Shown here: piece by piece, positions 8,781-18,115 of the stretch | Layout: each line of letters opens with the position of its first letter | How positions within the stretch are numbered: the first letter of the stretch is position 1 | Source: a virus | Virus record (IMG/VR): IMGVR_UViG_3300017917_003852 | Location: 1 to 64,000 of that record | Direction: 5' to 3' (one strand) | DNA: 64,000 bases | Notes under the pieces: model-generated | The model's input: the letters and a program-made list of their open reading frames with translations, nothing else | Databases searched by the model: none | What the model was told of the DNA's origin: nothing | Position numbers and translations under genes: made by a program

Positions 8781-9350
8781 TTACTCTTCGTCGTCTTCTT
8801 CGTAATCGTCGTAGTCGTCGTCTCTGTAAATATACTCTTTGGTATCATAATCCTGATAGTAAGCTTCATTTGGTGCTAAAATTCTAAATGAATTAGCAAA
8901 CCTTAAAGTTATCACCATAAGTTCTTTTTCATCGCGGATATCACAAATAGCCCAACGACTTCCGCAACTACCAATTACATCTTTGATCTTACTATGCTCG
9001 TACTCACCTGCTTTAAGGGCTCGGAATAAATCGCTACCTTGACTGAAAATAATACGGCCAGCACGTCGTTCGGGATGTTTAAGCCACGCATCAGTAATAC
9101 CCAACTTTGAAATTGTGGCATTATTGTCCGGATCAATTGTTAACTTACATTTTTTAAATTTGATACTACCCTTGGTCTTTTCATTACCCGGGGTTTCCTT
9201 GGTGCTCCAAGGCATATCTGAGGTTACGTGATTAACGTAAAAAGTGACACCATGTGCTTTTACAACCCACATAGGAATGGTTGGATCTGTTAAATGACCT
9301 TTGTTAAAGTGAAACACTAGGTCCTTACATGCATATTCAATCTATTTCAT
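8781..9350 (-). CDS. hypothetical protein with an in-frame TAG at codon 3 (amber read-through candidate)
   Basis: AAGGAAAATAAAA-ATG AAA TAG ATT GAA TAT GCA TGT AAG GAC CTA GTG TTT, in frame with the tracked ORF 8781..9317. Confidence 0.65.
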
Positions 9351-9376
9351 TTTTATTTTCCTTAAAATTTTATTTA

Positions 9377-9613
9377 TTAGTTCTCATCGAAGTTAGTAAC
9401 AATAAATTCTTTACTTGGTTTAAATTTAGCAGGAGCCTTTACTTTACTATCAAAAGTAATATGATATCCAGCAAATTTTTCACCTTCATATTTAACTCTA
9501 ATATCTGATACCTGACGACCAGTTTGTCGCTCAATCGCTGCCACAACTATATGATTAACGGTATTTGCACCAATGGTAGCAGTCATTTCAATATCAATAT
9601 CAAACTTATTCAT
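9377..9613 (-). CDS. hypothetical protein
   Basis: AAAGGA RBS directly after the tRNA CCA. Confidence 0.7.
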   Translation of the reverse strand: MNKFDIDIEMTATIGANTVNHIVVAAIERQTGRQVSDIRVKYEGEKFAGYHITFDSKVKAPAKFKPSKEFIVTNFDEN

Positions 9614-9624
9614 AATAATCCTTT

Positions 9625-9700
9625 TGGTGCGCTAGGTGGGAATCGAACCCACGCATCTGGAGTTTTAGAGGCTCCTGCTGTTCCATTTAGCTACTAGCGC
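9625..9700 (-). tRNA. tRNA with CUA anticodon (amber suppressor)
   Basis: GCGCTAG/CTAGCGC acceptor, A73, encoded CCA, GTGGG-TTCGATT-CCCAC T arm, anticodon arm GGAGC-CTCTAAA-ACTCC (C31-A39 mismatch). Confidence 0.85.
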
Positions 9701-9753
9701 ATGATACGAGAAAGGCAGCATTGCGCTGCCTTTATTACTCAGCTAGACTAGAA

Positions 9754-10023
9754 TTAGTCTGCTAGGCCCATTGCGATGGCTTTGTAACCAGCTGCAACGA
9801 TTTTACGGCTAGCTTTACCATGACGGTACTCGGTTACACGAACGCCGTTACCTGCTTTACGGGTATTGGCATACACAGGAAAACCTGCGTAACGAATTTC
9901 GCTGATGGTAGCCGTTGGGTTCTTGATGCTAAAACGTTTAGCAATCTGGCTAGCAGTCAGGGTCTCACCGTCAAGGACGAGAGCGCGGAACAACTTACCT
10001 TGTTTTGTGTTTAAATCAAACAT
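9754..10023 (-). CDS. helix-turn-helix DNA-binding protein
   Basis: LTASQIAKRFSIKNPTATISEIR; own promoter at 10071-10099. Confidence 0.6.
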   Translation of the reverse strand: MFDLNTKQGKLFRALVLDGETLTASQIAKRFSIKNPTATISEIRYAGFPVYANTRKAGNGVRVTEYRHGKASRKIVAAGYKAIAMGLAD

Positions 10024-10103
10024 CTTTAATATCTCCTAAATTAAGATATGCTGTACGACAGCATCTAAGTATTATAGCTAAGTGTTTTGGAAAATGCAAC
10101 TGT

Positions 10104-10526
10104 TTATTTCGCCGTTTTTTCTTCTTGTTTTACCAAACTGTAAGATCCATTTTCGTTATCGATCCATTGAATAGTATCGCCTTCTTTCCAACCTGCTTCG
10201 TTAAGAATTTCATCGGTAAAAGGTAACATAAGGTCACCAGTCTCGGGATCTTCTTCTAGTGTTACAGTATATGTTTTTCCCGTTGGAATAACATCAATAA
10301 CATTAGCAACTTTAAAGCTACGCCATTCATTTTTATCCGTGCACCAGACGCTTAAATTATCTAAATTAACTTTTTTCTTTTCGCTGGTTTTAGATTCAGA
10401 TATAGGTGCAGGTAGTAGATCAGCTTTTAATGTACAAGGCATATGACGCAATTCACCATTTACTTTAGTAAAGGTAACTGTGCATACACCTTGCTCTAGC
10501 ATAGCGATGATTTCATCTCTTGTCAT
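10104..10526 (-). CDS. SH3/WYL-like beta-barrel fused to an AbrB-like domain
   Basis: VTFTKVNGELR.M.CTL...WRSF; LEEDPETGDLMLPF...GWKEGD. Confidence 0.55.
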   Translation of the reverse strand: MTRDEIIAMLEQGVCTVTFTKVNGELRHMPCTLKADLLPAPISESKTSEKKKVNLDNLSVWCTDKNEWRSFKVANVIDVIPTGKTYTVTLEEDPETGDLMLPFTDEILNEAGWKEGDTIQWIDNENGSYSLVKQEEKTAK

Positions 10527-10690
10527 TCTTCTGTTTGTCCTTTGTTTCTAGCAGATTTAGTTCGAGCATTCTTTGATTCAGCTTCTACAAACTCTCGAAT
10601 AAAATGTCTTTCGCGTTCTTTGTTAAAAGTTAGAATCGCTGCTGCTTTATCTGCTTTTTTAATTTTTACTGCACGTGGATCGTATCCCAT
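10523..10690 (-). CDS. small basic hypothetical protein (55 aa)
   Basis: MGYDPRAVKIKK...; GGAGG RBS; ATGA overlap with the next gene. Confidence 0.6.
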   Translation of the reverse strand: MGYDPRAVKIKKADKAAAILTFNKERERHFIREFVEAESKNARTKSARNKGQTEE

Positions 10691-10691
10691 T

Positions 10692-11093
10692 TTAGTCCTC
10701 CTTGGTAATTTCTAGTGGGCCTGCTGCCCAACATTCTGTTTCGTACTGCACCCAACCTTCTTCTTCCCAGCCGCTGTAACCTTCTTCTTCCCAAAGTTCG
10801 TCTAAACGATCACGTTCTTCTTCGGACATATCATCGGGCCAAATAACATCGCCATACCACCCATCGTCTAAACTAACGAGCTCTGAATCGTAACCACAAT
10901 CATACATATTGACAGAATCAGCACCGGGACCTTCACTTTGATCTAACTCAGGTGGATCATCGTCTTCTGTGGTTATAATCCATGTACCCCAACGAAACCC
11001 ACTAATGCGACGAATAACCATATCATCTTTTTGCCAGAGTTCGTGTTCTTCAACGGATTTCTTTTCAGTTGTTGATACTTCCCATGTAGCCAT
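10692..11093 (-). CDS. acidic hypothetical phage protein
   Basis: ORF with RBS in operon. Confidence 0.7.
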   Translation of the reverse strand: MATWEVSTTEKKSVEEHELWQKDDMVIRRISGFRWGTWIITTEDDDPPELDQSEGPGADSVNMYDCGYDSELVSLDDGWYGDVIWPDDMSEEERDRLDELWEEEGYSGWEEEGWVQYETECWAAGPLEITKED

Positions 11094-11094
11094 T

Positions 11095-11331
11095 TTAACT
11101 TCCTTTCAATTCTTTAAGCACCATATCCTTGGCACGATTATCGAGATCTTTGGTCTCAGCTTCGGTTATATAGTAAGCTATGTCTGATGCAAATGCATAT
11201 AACGCTATTTTACCTTCGTCAGTGAAATGGCTGTAATGCCTGCCCGTGCTACTATTATAGTAATATCGGCGATCTGACATAAGCTCTTTGATACCGCCGT
11301 ACATCATGTGTTTAATTGCAGTTTTATCCAT
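11095..11331 (-). CDS. hypothetical protein
   Basis: start revised to MDKTAIK to avoid overlap with the ligase. Confidence 0.6.
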   Translation of the reverse strand: MDKTAIKHMMYGGIKELMSDRRYYYNSSTGRHYSHFTDEGKIALYAFASDIAYYITEAETKDLDNRAKDMVLKELKGS

Positions 11332-11341
11332 TCTATATCCT

Positions 11342-12655
11342 TTAGATCTTTTCGCCCGGTTCAAATCCTCTAAACCTAAGGAAACGCGGAAACCTAAGCG
11401 AATAAGTGCCATCTTGATTCTGAGTAACAGCATCGGCTCGAACCTCAACAATTTGTTTAACCATCGCAGTGCGTCCTGCCCAATAACTATCACGATCGCT
11501 ATCGGAAAAGCCACTGCCCACATTAACACGAATTCTACGACCATCGTCCTCGCCTTCACATATAATAGCACCTAGCCTGCCTGCATTGCGACCAGTTCCT
11601 TCTTCAAAATCCACCACTTCGAGGCTGATTTCAATAAATGGTTTGAGCTTAAGCCAACTTGCAGTACGCTTGCATTCGTATGGTGCAGCAGGATCTTTAA
11701 TCATAATGCCTTCGTATCCGCCAGCAATAGCTTGTGCATTGATCATTTTAAAACGAGCTTGTCCCTTGTGAGTATCAAGATCAATAAGTTCTTGACCAAC
11801 TACAGCAACATTAGGCAGCACTGCTTGATTTTGCAAATACCAAATGTTTAATGTAGTGCTACGATCTTTTTGACTCATCGGACAAGTGCCTGCATTAAAC
11901 TCGTCCAAGGTAAGCATATCAAACAAATTGAGTACAGCATCGTTGGTAACTACATTTTCTTTCCTATGGACCTGCTTCATAAGATCCTGGAAAGAGCTAG
12001 ACATTACTTCACCGTCAAGAACCATTGGCTTATTGAATTCATTGGACACTCCCGCAAGTTGGGCTCGGATAGTATCGAAGTTGAGCAACTCCTTGCCGTT
12101 TCTGCTAAACTGAAGAACACGACCATCTGGATACACAATAGTGATAACACGCACACCGTCGAGCTTGACTTCCACCAGTTTTTGACCGGTAAGCTTTCCT
12201 TCGTGATTAGCACTATCGTGAGCAAGCTGACAACCGAAAGTAGGTACAATGTAACGATCATTAATTTTCTCCACTACTTTGTTAATTGTTTTTTCCGAAA
12301 CACCACAACGAAGATCTTTGATAAGGATGCGACGGTACCACCCATTCCATTCTGCTTGGGTGGCGGCGGACATCATCTCTGCAACGGTATCGCGAGCTGC
12401 ATTGCCGGTGAGTGAACGATCAACCAAACGCTCAACGATATCATTAAAAGTATCCCAATGTAAGCCAGGACCATCTTCATCTTTTTTCTCCGGTATTTGT
12501 TTAAGGCCGAATGTAATCATACTATCTAATGCGAGTCGGCAACCAGCAAAAAAGATATCGTTGCCATGTGTAGCAACAACTTTAATAACAGCTTCTTTAG
12601 CAAGACGACTATCGTCGCTTTCTAGTTCTGCAATAACTTCCCAAGGATTACGCAT
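11342..12655 (-). CDS. ATP-dependent DNA ligase
   Basis: EVKLDGVR (KxDG), LDGE, EGIMIK, WLKLK, SLRFPRF; start revised to MRNPW. Confidence 0.95.
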   Translation of the reverse strand: MRNPWEVIAELESDDSRLAKEAVIKVVATHGNDIFFAGCRLALDSMITFGLKQIPEKKDEDGPGLHWDTFNDIVERLVDRSLTGNAARDTVAEMMSAATQAEWNGWYRRILIKDLRCGVSEKTINKVVEKINDRYIVPTFGCQLAHDSANHEGKLTGQKLVEVKLDGVRVITIVYPDGRVLQFSRNGKELLNFDTIRAQLAGVSNEFNKPMVLDGEVMSSSFQDLMKQVHRKENVVTNDAVLNLFDMLTLDEFNAGTCPMSQKDRSTTLNIWYLQNQAVLPNVAVVGQELIDLDTHKGQARFKMINAQAIAGGYEGIMIKDPAAPYECKRTASWLKLKPFIEISLEVVDFEEGTGRNAGRLGAIICEGEDDGRRIRVNVGSGFSDSDRDSYWAGRTAMVKQIVEVRADAVTQNQDGTYSLRFPRFLRFRGFEPGEKI

Positions 12656-13055
12656 TCTGGAGCTCCTGAATATGACGGCATGATCGACGGAATTGGAATC
12701 CTGGGCAAGTGCAGGTCCAAGAATTTTTTGTACGAATAACAGTATAACGAGATCCCTTTGATCCTTCAACGGACCAAGTTTCTGTTTTGTCTTTTACTGC
12801 TTCCACAGCAGCCTTACGACCGTCGGCGTATTCCAAATCAGTAATACGCTCTAACGGAATTTCCCTTATGCGAACTGGACTATCAAAATCTGTTACAATT
12901 CTAATAAAATCAGGCGGTGTAAATTTAGTTGCTTTTTCAACAATACCAGTGATTGTTGTTTTATTAACTTTTGGGCTACCAATTACGTAGCTAGGAAATT
13001 CAAAAGTAATAGCAACACGAGAACCGACGGAAGGGATAGAGAATTGTGTATTCAT
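12648..13055 (-). CDS. SWIM zinc-finger protein
   Basis: CTCPGFQFRRSCRH. Confidence 0.8.
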   Translation of the reverse strand: MNTQFSIPSVGSRVAITFEFPSYVIGSPKVNKTTITGIVEKATKFTPPDFIRIVTDFDSPVRIREIPLERITDLEYADGRKAAVEAVKDKTETWSVEGSKGSRYTVIRTKNSWTCTCPGFQFRRSCRHIQELQNA

Positions 13056-13061
13056 ACTCTA

Positions 13062-13110
13062 ATTATAGCAAAGAGCTGAATTTTGGTCAATAGTTGCAAA
13101 AATACAACTA
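13062..13110 (-). promoter_or_regulatory. sigma70-like promoter with upstream GTTG-N8-CAAC palindrome
   Basis: TTGACC (13085-90)-N17-TATAAT (13062-67); TAGTTG-N8-CAACTA at 13091-13110. Confidence 0.8.
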
Positions 13111-14199
13111 TCTGATATTCTTAAAGAAGCTTTGATCTACGTTAGCAAACATACCAAGTGCATATCGCATTTCGTTACTTCGATTTACCACAGTATGTGT
13201 ATAATTTTGATTATTGATTACGGATACGCAATTCTCTAATAATGGAAGTAATCCGACTCCGTTTATTTTAAAATAATGATCATCTGATGGATTTAGTGCA
13301 AAATAGAGTTGAGTGCAACCTTGCGGAAGTATTCCTGGTCTATGATCTACGTGTGGAGCAATATACCCGCCTGGCGGAAGAATTCCAATAAAACTTACAA
13401 ATATATTGTCCAAAGGCAAATTTTTATAAAAATTATAAAGATTAGGTAATTTGTTTTTATCTAAAGTAAAATCTTCAAGGGAATTATTTGTCCTAGGCAT
13501 GTATGTATAAACTGTTTTCCAGTTTAACGAAGGGTCAAATTTGGATCCAGAATCAGTTTGATTATAGCCGTGTTGTAGTGGTTTTAAAAACTCATTGGCA
13601 ATTAAATAGTCGTGATTTTCTTTTAACTCATTGAGTAAAGATTCTTTATCGTAATCATAGTCAAAGAAAAAATAAGGAATTTTACTATCGCCATAGAGAT
13701 TATTCTTTTCAACTTTTTTACGAGCATAAAAATCAAAATTATATTTAAAAAAATCTTTAATTAATTTTGAATAATTGCCATCTATTTCTATAGATTCCGG
13801 ATAAAAAATATCGTACTTTTCGAATAAATTGCTACCTAAATCGTTAGTGGCAAATTTTTCGTTGGCAATATTAATTAACAAACTTAACGGATTAGAAATA
13901 GGTATATGCCAAGTTAAATTTTCTTTCCACAATTCTGTACATGGTTGTATTTTTTGTCCTTCTTCTTCGGCCCAACTTAGAAATAAGAATTGTCTAAGAC
14001 CAACACCATCTATAAAAACATTTTCAAATTGAATTTTTGATGAATTTAATAGTTTAATTTTTAATACCGAAAGCCCAAAAAAATCTACATCGGCTGTAAT
14101 AGTATTATTTGTAATGATAAAATCTATTTCTTCATCGTTGATAGTAATCTGCAGGTTGGCATCGCTACCACCTGTTACTGGTATTTCTAGTTTTGTCAT
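13108..14199 (-). CDS. 2OG-Fe(II) oxygenase (aspartyl/asparaginyl beta-hydroxylase-like C-terminal domain)
   Basis: LPPGGYIAPHVD...HTVVN....R. Confidence 0.75.
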   Translation of the reverse strand: MTKLEIPVTGGSDANLQITINDEEIDFIITNNTITADVDFFGLSVLKIKLLNSSKIQFENVFIDGVGLRQFLFLSWAEEEGQKIQPCTELWKENLTWHIPISNPLSLLINIANEKFATNDLGSNLFEKYDIFYPESIEIDGNYSKLIKDFFKYNFDFYARKKVEKNNLYGDSKIPYFFFDYDYDKESLLNELKENHDYLIANEFLKPLQHGYNQTDSGSKFDPSLNWKTVYTYMPRTNNSLEDFTLDKNKLPNLYNFYKNLPLDNIFVSFIGILPPGGYIAPHVDHRPGILPQGCTQLYFALNPSDDHYFKINGVGLLPLLENCVSVINNQNYTHTVVNRSNEMRYALGMFANVDQSFFKNIR

Positions 14200-14227
14200 T
14201 ATTTGTGTTGTTTATATTTAAAACGGA

Positions 14228-14620
14228 TTACTTAACCCAATTTGATTCTCTTATCGTAACAATATTAGAATCTGTTTTAATTTTTTCAAACCATTTAAAA
14301 TAGTGAGGATGGATTAAATCATTGGGTTCATCTGGACCGTCGGCGATAAATTTTATGTAGTAACCGGATTGTTGGTCATTTCCGTTTGGGTTAGCTGTGG
14401 TTCCATCTGGAAACGGGATATCTTCGTATAACGTTTCTATTAGAACAAGTTTTCCTTGATCAAACAAATTCGCTTCAAAAGCATCAATTTCGGCAAAATC
14501 TTTGTCAAACTCAACTAAATCGTCCCCGGATAAGAATTCACGATATGTGCGTTCGGTTATAAACATATAACTATCGTAGTTTTTATAAACATGAGCTAGA
14601 CTGCGCCAAACGAATTCCAT
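14228..14620 (-). CDS. hypothetical protein
   Basis: ORF behind a TAAATA motif. Confidence 0.55.
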   Translation of the reverse strand: MEFVWRSLAHVYKNYDSYMFITERTYREFLSGDDLVEFDKDFAEIDAFEANLFDQGKLVLIETLYEDIPFPDGTTANPNGNDQQSGYYIKFIADGPDEPNDLIHPHYFKWFEKIKTDSNIVTIRESNWVK

Positions 14621-14671
14621 AACAAATATCCTTAAAAATTTACTAGTATTTATAAAATATAGCACACTTAA

Positions 14672-15035
14672 TAAAAAACAGGGCCCAAAAGCCCTGTTAC
14701 TATTTTGGGTAATAAGGCATAGTTGCCCCAGAGGTTATGCTGCTAGAGCAAAAACCTCGTCATTAGCTGCGTTTGCAGTTATAGTTTTGCTTCTTTTACG
14801 GAGATCGCCTACCGTGTTGTCCATATCCTTACTCATTGCCCTGTCGAAACCATGTCAGCCCCGGCAAAAGCATACTGGCAGTTACACATACTTTCTTTTA
14901 ACTTTCGGTCCTATCCGTACCATTGCTGGCCTCTTGATTTAAACGGTCTATGAAAGTACCAATATACTTTTGGTGGAGCTGGCGGGAGTCGAACCCGCGT
15001 CCAGAACACCTTTCATTCAACTTCATACAACAATA
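14672..15035 (-). ncRNA. ssrA: circularly permuted (two-piece) tmRNA
   Basis: 3' tRNA-like half GGACGCGGGTTCGACTCCCGCCAGCTCCACCA (ends 14971) precedes 5' half GGGGCTGAC..TTCGAC (starts 14862); tag ANAANDEVFALAA-TAA at 14776-14735; promoter 15042-15070; terminator near 14672-14697. Confidence 0.9.
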
Positions 15036-15074
15036 GCTTATATTATATACTTATTTACAACCAGAGTCAATTAA

Positions 15075-15671
15075 TTAGACAGGATCAGTAAAAACAAGCT
15101 CGTTACCGCGCATCATTACGTTCCCTTCGCCTAGATCATTAACTCCGGGCCCGTGGTTAATTAACTCAATAATATTCCATACGGCAACAAGAACTCCGCG
15201 ATGAGCGCGAGCATATTCAAAGAAAGCAGGATAAGAAGTTTTTAATTTGGAAAAACGTAACTGCATGCCACGGAAGGTTTGTGGCGGCTGTTCTGTGTCG
15301 ATTGTACATTCGTCGATAAAATAACCAGCTTCGGTAACTACACGCTCAGCAGGACCAGATAATTCAGCTAGTTTTTCTAAGCGTACTGCTACAACACCAG
15401 GAACCACCGGTACAAGTTGGCGGCTTATGATACGTGGGAAACTAGGGTTATTTTGATTTGCAAAGCAGACACTTAACCAAGCGCGATATGAACTGTCATT
15501 CGCATTGAATGTCTTCAAAACATAATCTAATTTTGGATGAGCCCATACTGTAGCGAAAGATCCCGACCCTAGCGGACTAAATCCTTGATCGGTTAATACT
15601 GTTTTATAATCGTTAGCGGCTAGTGTTTGCTTAACGCCAACTAATTCTGTTAGTATTTCTTGTATGAGCAT
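15075..15671 (-). CDS. protein-kinase-like fold protein with M-x-x-x-E-I-L-T-E N-terminus
   Basis: LGSGSFATVW, VLK, NDLGEGNVMMR, DP; TAAATA motif upstream. Confidence 0.65.
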   Translation of the reverse strand: MLIQEILTELVGVKQTLAANDYKTVLTDQGFSPLGSGSFATVWAHPKLDYVLKTFNANDSSYRAWLSVCFANQNNPSFPRIISRQLVPVVPGVVAVRLEKLAELSGPAERVVTEAGYFIDECTIDTEQPPQTFRGMQLRFSKLKTSYPAFFEYARAHRGVLVAVWNIIELINHGPGVNDLGEGNVMMRGNELVFTDPV

Positions 15672-15713
15672 ACAGTATTTACCTGTTTGGTACCCGGCTG
15701 TATGCCCATACAC

Positions 15714-16637
15714 TTAATTAACTTCAAACAAATTATTATCTAGTGGCTTTGAATCTTTTTTAGTCTTAGCCTTTTTATCAGGATTCCTAATTTCTTCTAA
15801 TACACCTTGCTCAAATTTGGTATCGGGTACAGTTTGAACACCGTCAGGTAATTGGGTAGATAACTGTTTATCCTCGGGAGTAACAACCGAATCCTCTGCG
15901 CTTTGAATACGCTGTTCGGCAATCTTAAAGTATTGCTCGGTCATTTCGACCCCGATAAAGTTCCTACCGGTTAGCTTTGCGCTAACTCCGCAACTGCCCG
16001 AACCCATTGTAAAGTCTAATACAGTATCACCGGGATTAGAATAAGTCATAATTAGCCAATTCAATACATTAGTTGGCTTTTGTGTTGGATGCACTGTTTG
16101 CTGGGCAGAAAAATTTCTACTAGCATGTAGGATACTTTTAGGATAGCGAGTTCCTGAGTTCTCTCCGCCCATAAAAGGCTTGAAACCATATCCGTGGTTG
16201 TTAATCCCGTTTCCGTAACCTTTTTCTTTGTCTTTAGCTTCACGCTTATAAGGGTCGCCTGTTTCCATAATTGGATTGTACGTACCACCCGACTCTTTAC
16301 TAAAGACCATAATATTCTCATGGACTTTTTGCGGACGATACTTGGCCAAACCTGGACTACCGCACTTATTTTTATTCCAAATTAGTTCGTGTCTAAACCA
16401 ATCAATCTTACTTGCAATCACTAGACTAGTAAAAGGCTGACTACCAAAAATAATGATGTTAGCTTTAGGCTTGCAAATACGTTCTAGCTCTTGCCACATC
16501 AATTTAAAATCTAGTGTTTGATCCCACTCAATGGTTGTTGTTCCATACGGAGGATCAACACAAACCATATCCACAGACTTATCTGCAATTTTTTTAAAAG
16601 CATCAAAACAGGATTCGTTGTACAATTGGATATTCAT
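15714..16637 (-). CDS. N6-adenine/N4-cytosine DNA methyltransferase (beta class)
   Basis: DPPY precedes HPTQKP and DFTMGSGS. Confidence 0.92.
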   Translation of the reverse strand: MNIQLYNESCFDAFKKIADKSVDMVCVDPPYGTTTIEWDQTLDFKLMWQELERICKPKANIIIFGSQPFTSLVIASKIDWFRHELIWNKNKCGSPGLAKYRPQKVHENIMVFSKESGGTYNPIMETGDPYKREAKDKEKGYGNGINNHGYGFKPFMGGENSGTRYPKSILHASRNFSAQQTVHPTQKPTNVLNWLIMTYSNPGDTVLDFTMGSGSCGVSAKLTGRNFIGVEMTEQYFKIAEQRIQSAEDSVVTPEDKQLSTQLPDGVQTVPDTKFEQGVLEEIRNPDKKAKTKKDSKPLDNNLFEVN

Positions 16638-16645
16638 ACGAGTAT

Positions 16646-17314
16646 TTACTTTTTAATGTTTTTGTTTCTATAATCAATAGCAGTGGTCCATTGTGCGGCT
16701 TTGTTAGCCCAACATTTAAATGCACCGTCGGTAATAATATTATAAAACACTTCTTCAAATGTTTGAGTGTTAGGTTCAGAATCATGTTCTTTGCTCCACA
16801 TGATCTGTAAGTTATTAGTAGGGTTTTTACCCCAATGTGTAATTTGTTTTACACCCCTAACCATAACATGACTAAAATCTTTTTTATCAAGACTTAAGAA
16901 CCAATAATCTCTAGCAGTTTCTTTTTTATGCTTAATAACTAGCTCAGCAAATTTTGTGTCACTGATTTTGTTTGTAATTTTAAGTTCTGCGTATTGGGCA
17001 GCGGTAAGATCTGTAAGTGCCCACAGTAATCCTAGCTTACTAAATGCATTATCCGAACTGCCAATGGATGTTTTGATATTTACAGCGTGGGTGGAACCGT
17101 CGTAATCGATTACCTCCATGTCCATGAAATTTCTCAGGACACCTTCTTTAATCCTATCTTTAAATTGCGGCTGTTTTTGTAGCCATGCAATAATTTTGTC
17201 TTCGTCTTTTTTACTATTAACACGACCTTCGCTATTTTCATTTACTGCTTTAAGATTAGATTTCTTAATAGCATCAACGATGTCGTTAAGGATTTTAGGT
17301 GCCTTGGGGTTCAT
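16646..17314 (-). CDS. putative type II restriction endonuclease
   Basis: directly upstream of the methyltransferase; E/D...MD...VNIKTS resembles a PD-(D/E)xK variant. Confidence 0.55.
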   Translation of the reverse strand: MNPKAPKILNDIVDAIKKSNLKAVNENSEGRVNSKKDEDKIIAWLQKQPQFKDRIKEGVLRNFMDMEVIDYDGSTHAVNIKTSIGSSDNAFSKLGLLWALTDLTAAQYAELKITNKISDTKFAELVIKHKKETARDYWFLSLDKKDFSHVMVRGVKQITHWGKNPTNNLQIMWSKEHDSEPNTQTFEEVFYNIITDGAFKCWANKAAQWTTAIDYRNKNIKK

Positions 17315-17548
17315 TGTTACTCCACGTCGTAGTCAGCGTTGTCGATTTGCTCTTGCCAAAATGCACGAGCATCTTTTTCATTGTCAAACGATTCAAGAAC
17401 GTTCATTCCGCCAAGTGGATGTGGGAACCAAACATGCCATTCTTCGGCGTCTTCGTCGTAAGTGCAATAAAGTTCAACTGGCTCGTTCATTAACTTTTCC
17501 TTTAGTAAAAAAGCCCGCCGGAGCGGGCTTATTCTAGCACGTACCTTA

Positions 17549-17872
17549 TTAGGCAGGCTGTGCAGTTTTTGCACGAGCTTTGATAGCATCCATGCTAGGC
17601 TTGGTACCTTTAACCTTAACAGTGCCAACGGCATTGTACTTAGTATCAGCTGCATCAATTGCAGCAGCGTACTCAGAATTCTTATAAAGATCCGTAGTTT
17701 TAAGGTGGGTAACTAGCTCACCCTTGGTCATTGCACGAGGCAGCTCGACCAAGTTAATATCAGTGTCAGTCTTAGCAAGAATCTTGACACGGGTCATGTC
17801 GCCAGCAAAGCGAACCTTGTACTGGCCTTTAGTTTTAGAAACACCACCAACGTTAAAAGTTTTGTCAGTCAT
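17549..17872 (-). CDS. hypothetical phage protein
   Basis: GGAG RBS, promoter 17933-17961, terminator near 17508-17530. Confidence 0.7.
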   Translation of the reverse strand: MTDKTFNVGGVSKTKGQYKVRFAGDMTRVKILAKTDTDINLVELPRAMTKGELVTHLKTTDLYKNSEYAAAIDAADTKYNAVGTVKVKGTKPSMDAIKARAKTAQPA

Positions 17873-18115
17873 TTGAAACATCTCCACAAGTTTAGTTGAA
17901 AAAACTGATTGCCTCATTGCAACCATACCACTATTATATTGCCATTTGTCTTAGAGGTCAACCTCTTTTTGGTCGGCAATTTAACCAAAATCATTTACTC
18001 AGTTCGGTTGCGGTTTCTTTGGTTTTAACCACAGCCTTGTCTAGCATACGAGCAATGCCCGTAAAGCCAATCGTTGCTACAATAATACCAAAAATGGTTC
18101 CGTATATAAAAGTTC

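Noticed and set aside
9600-9625. Theta/HDV-like ribozyme 3' of the suppressor tRNA
   Set aside because: The CCA is followed directly by an RBS and the next gene, leaving no room.
9625-9700. tRNA-Arg(UCU) or tRNA-Pyl assignment
   Set aside because: Symmetric loop geometry puts U33 before CUA, while UCU needs an off-centre register with C33. The D-loop GG and T-loop TTCG are canonical, unlike tRNA-Pyl. Descent from an Arg tRNA remains possible.
11095-12769. Long N-terminal extensions of ORFs 11095..11571 and 11342..12769
   Set aside because: They overlap neighbouring genes; RBS-supported starts are at 11331 and 12655.
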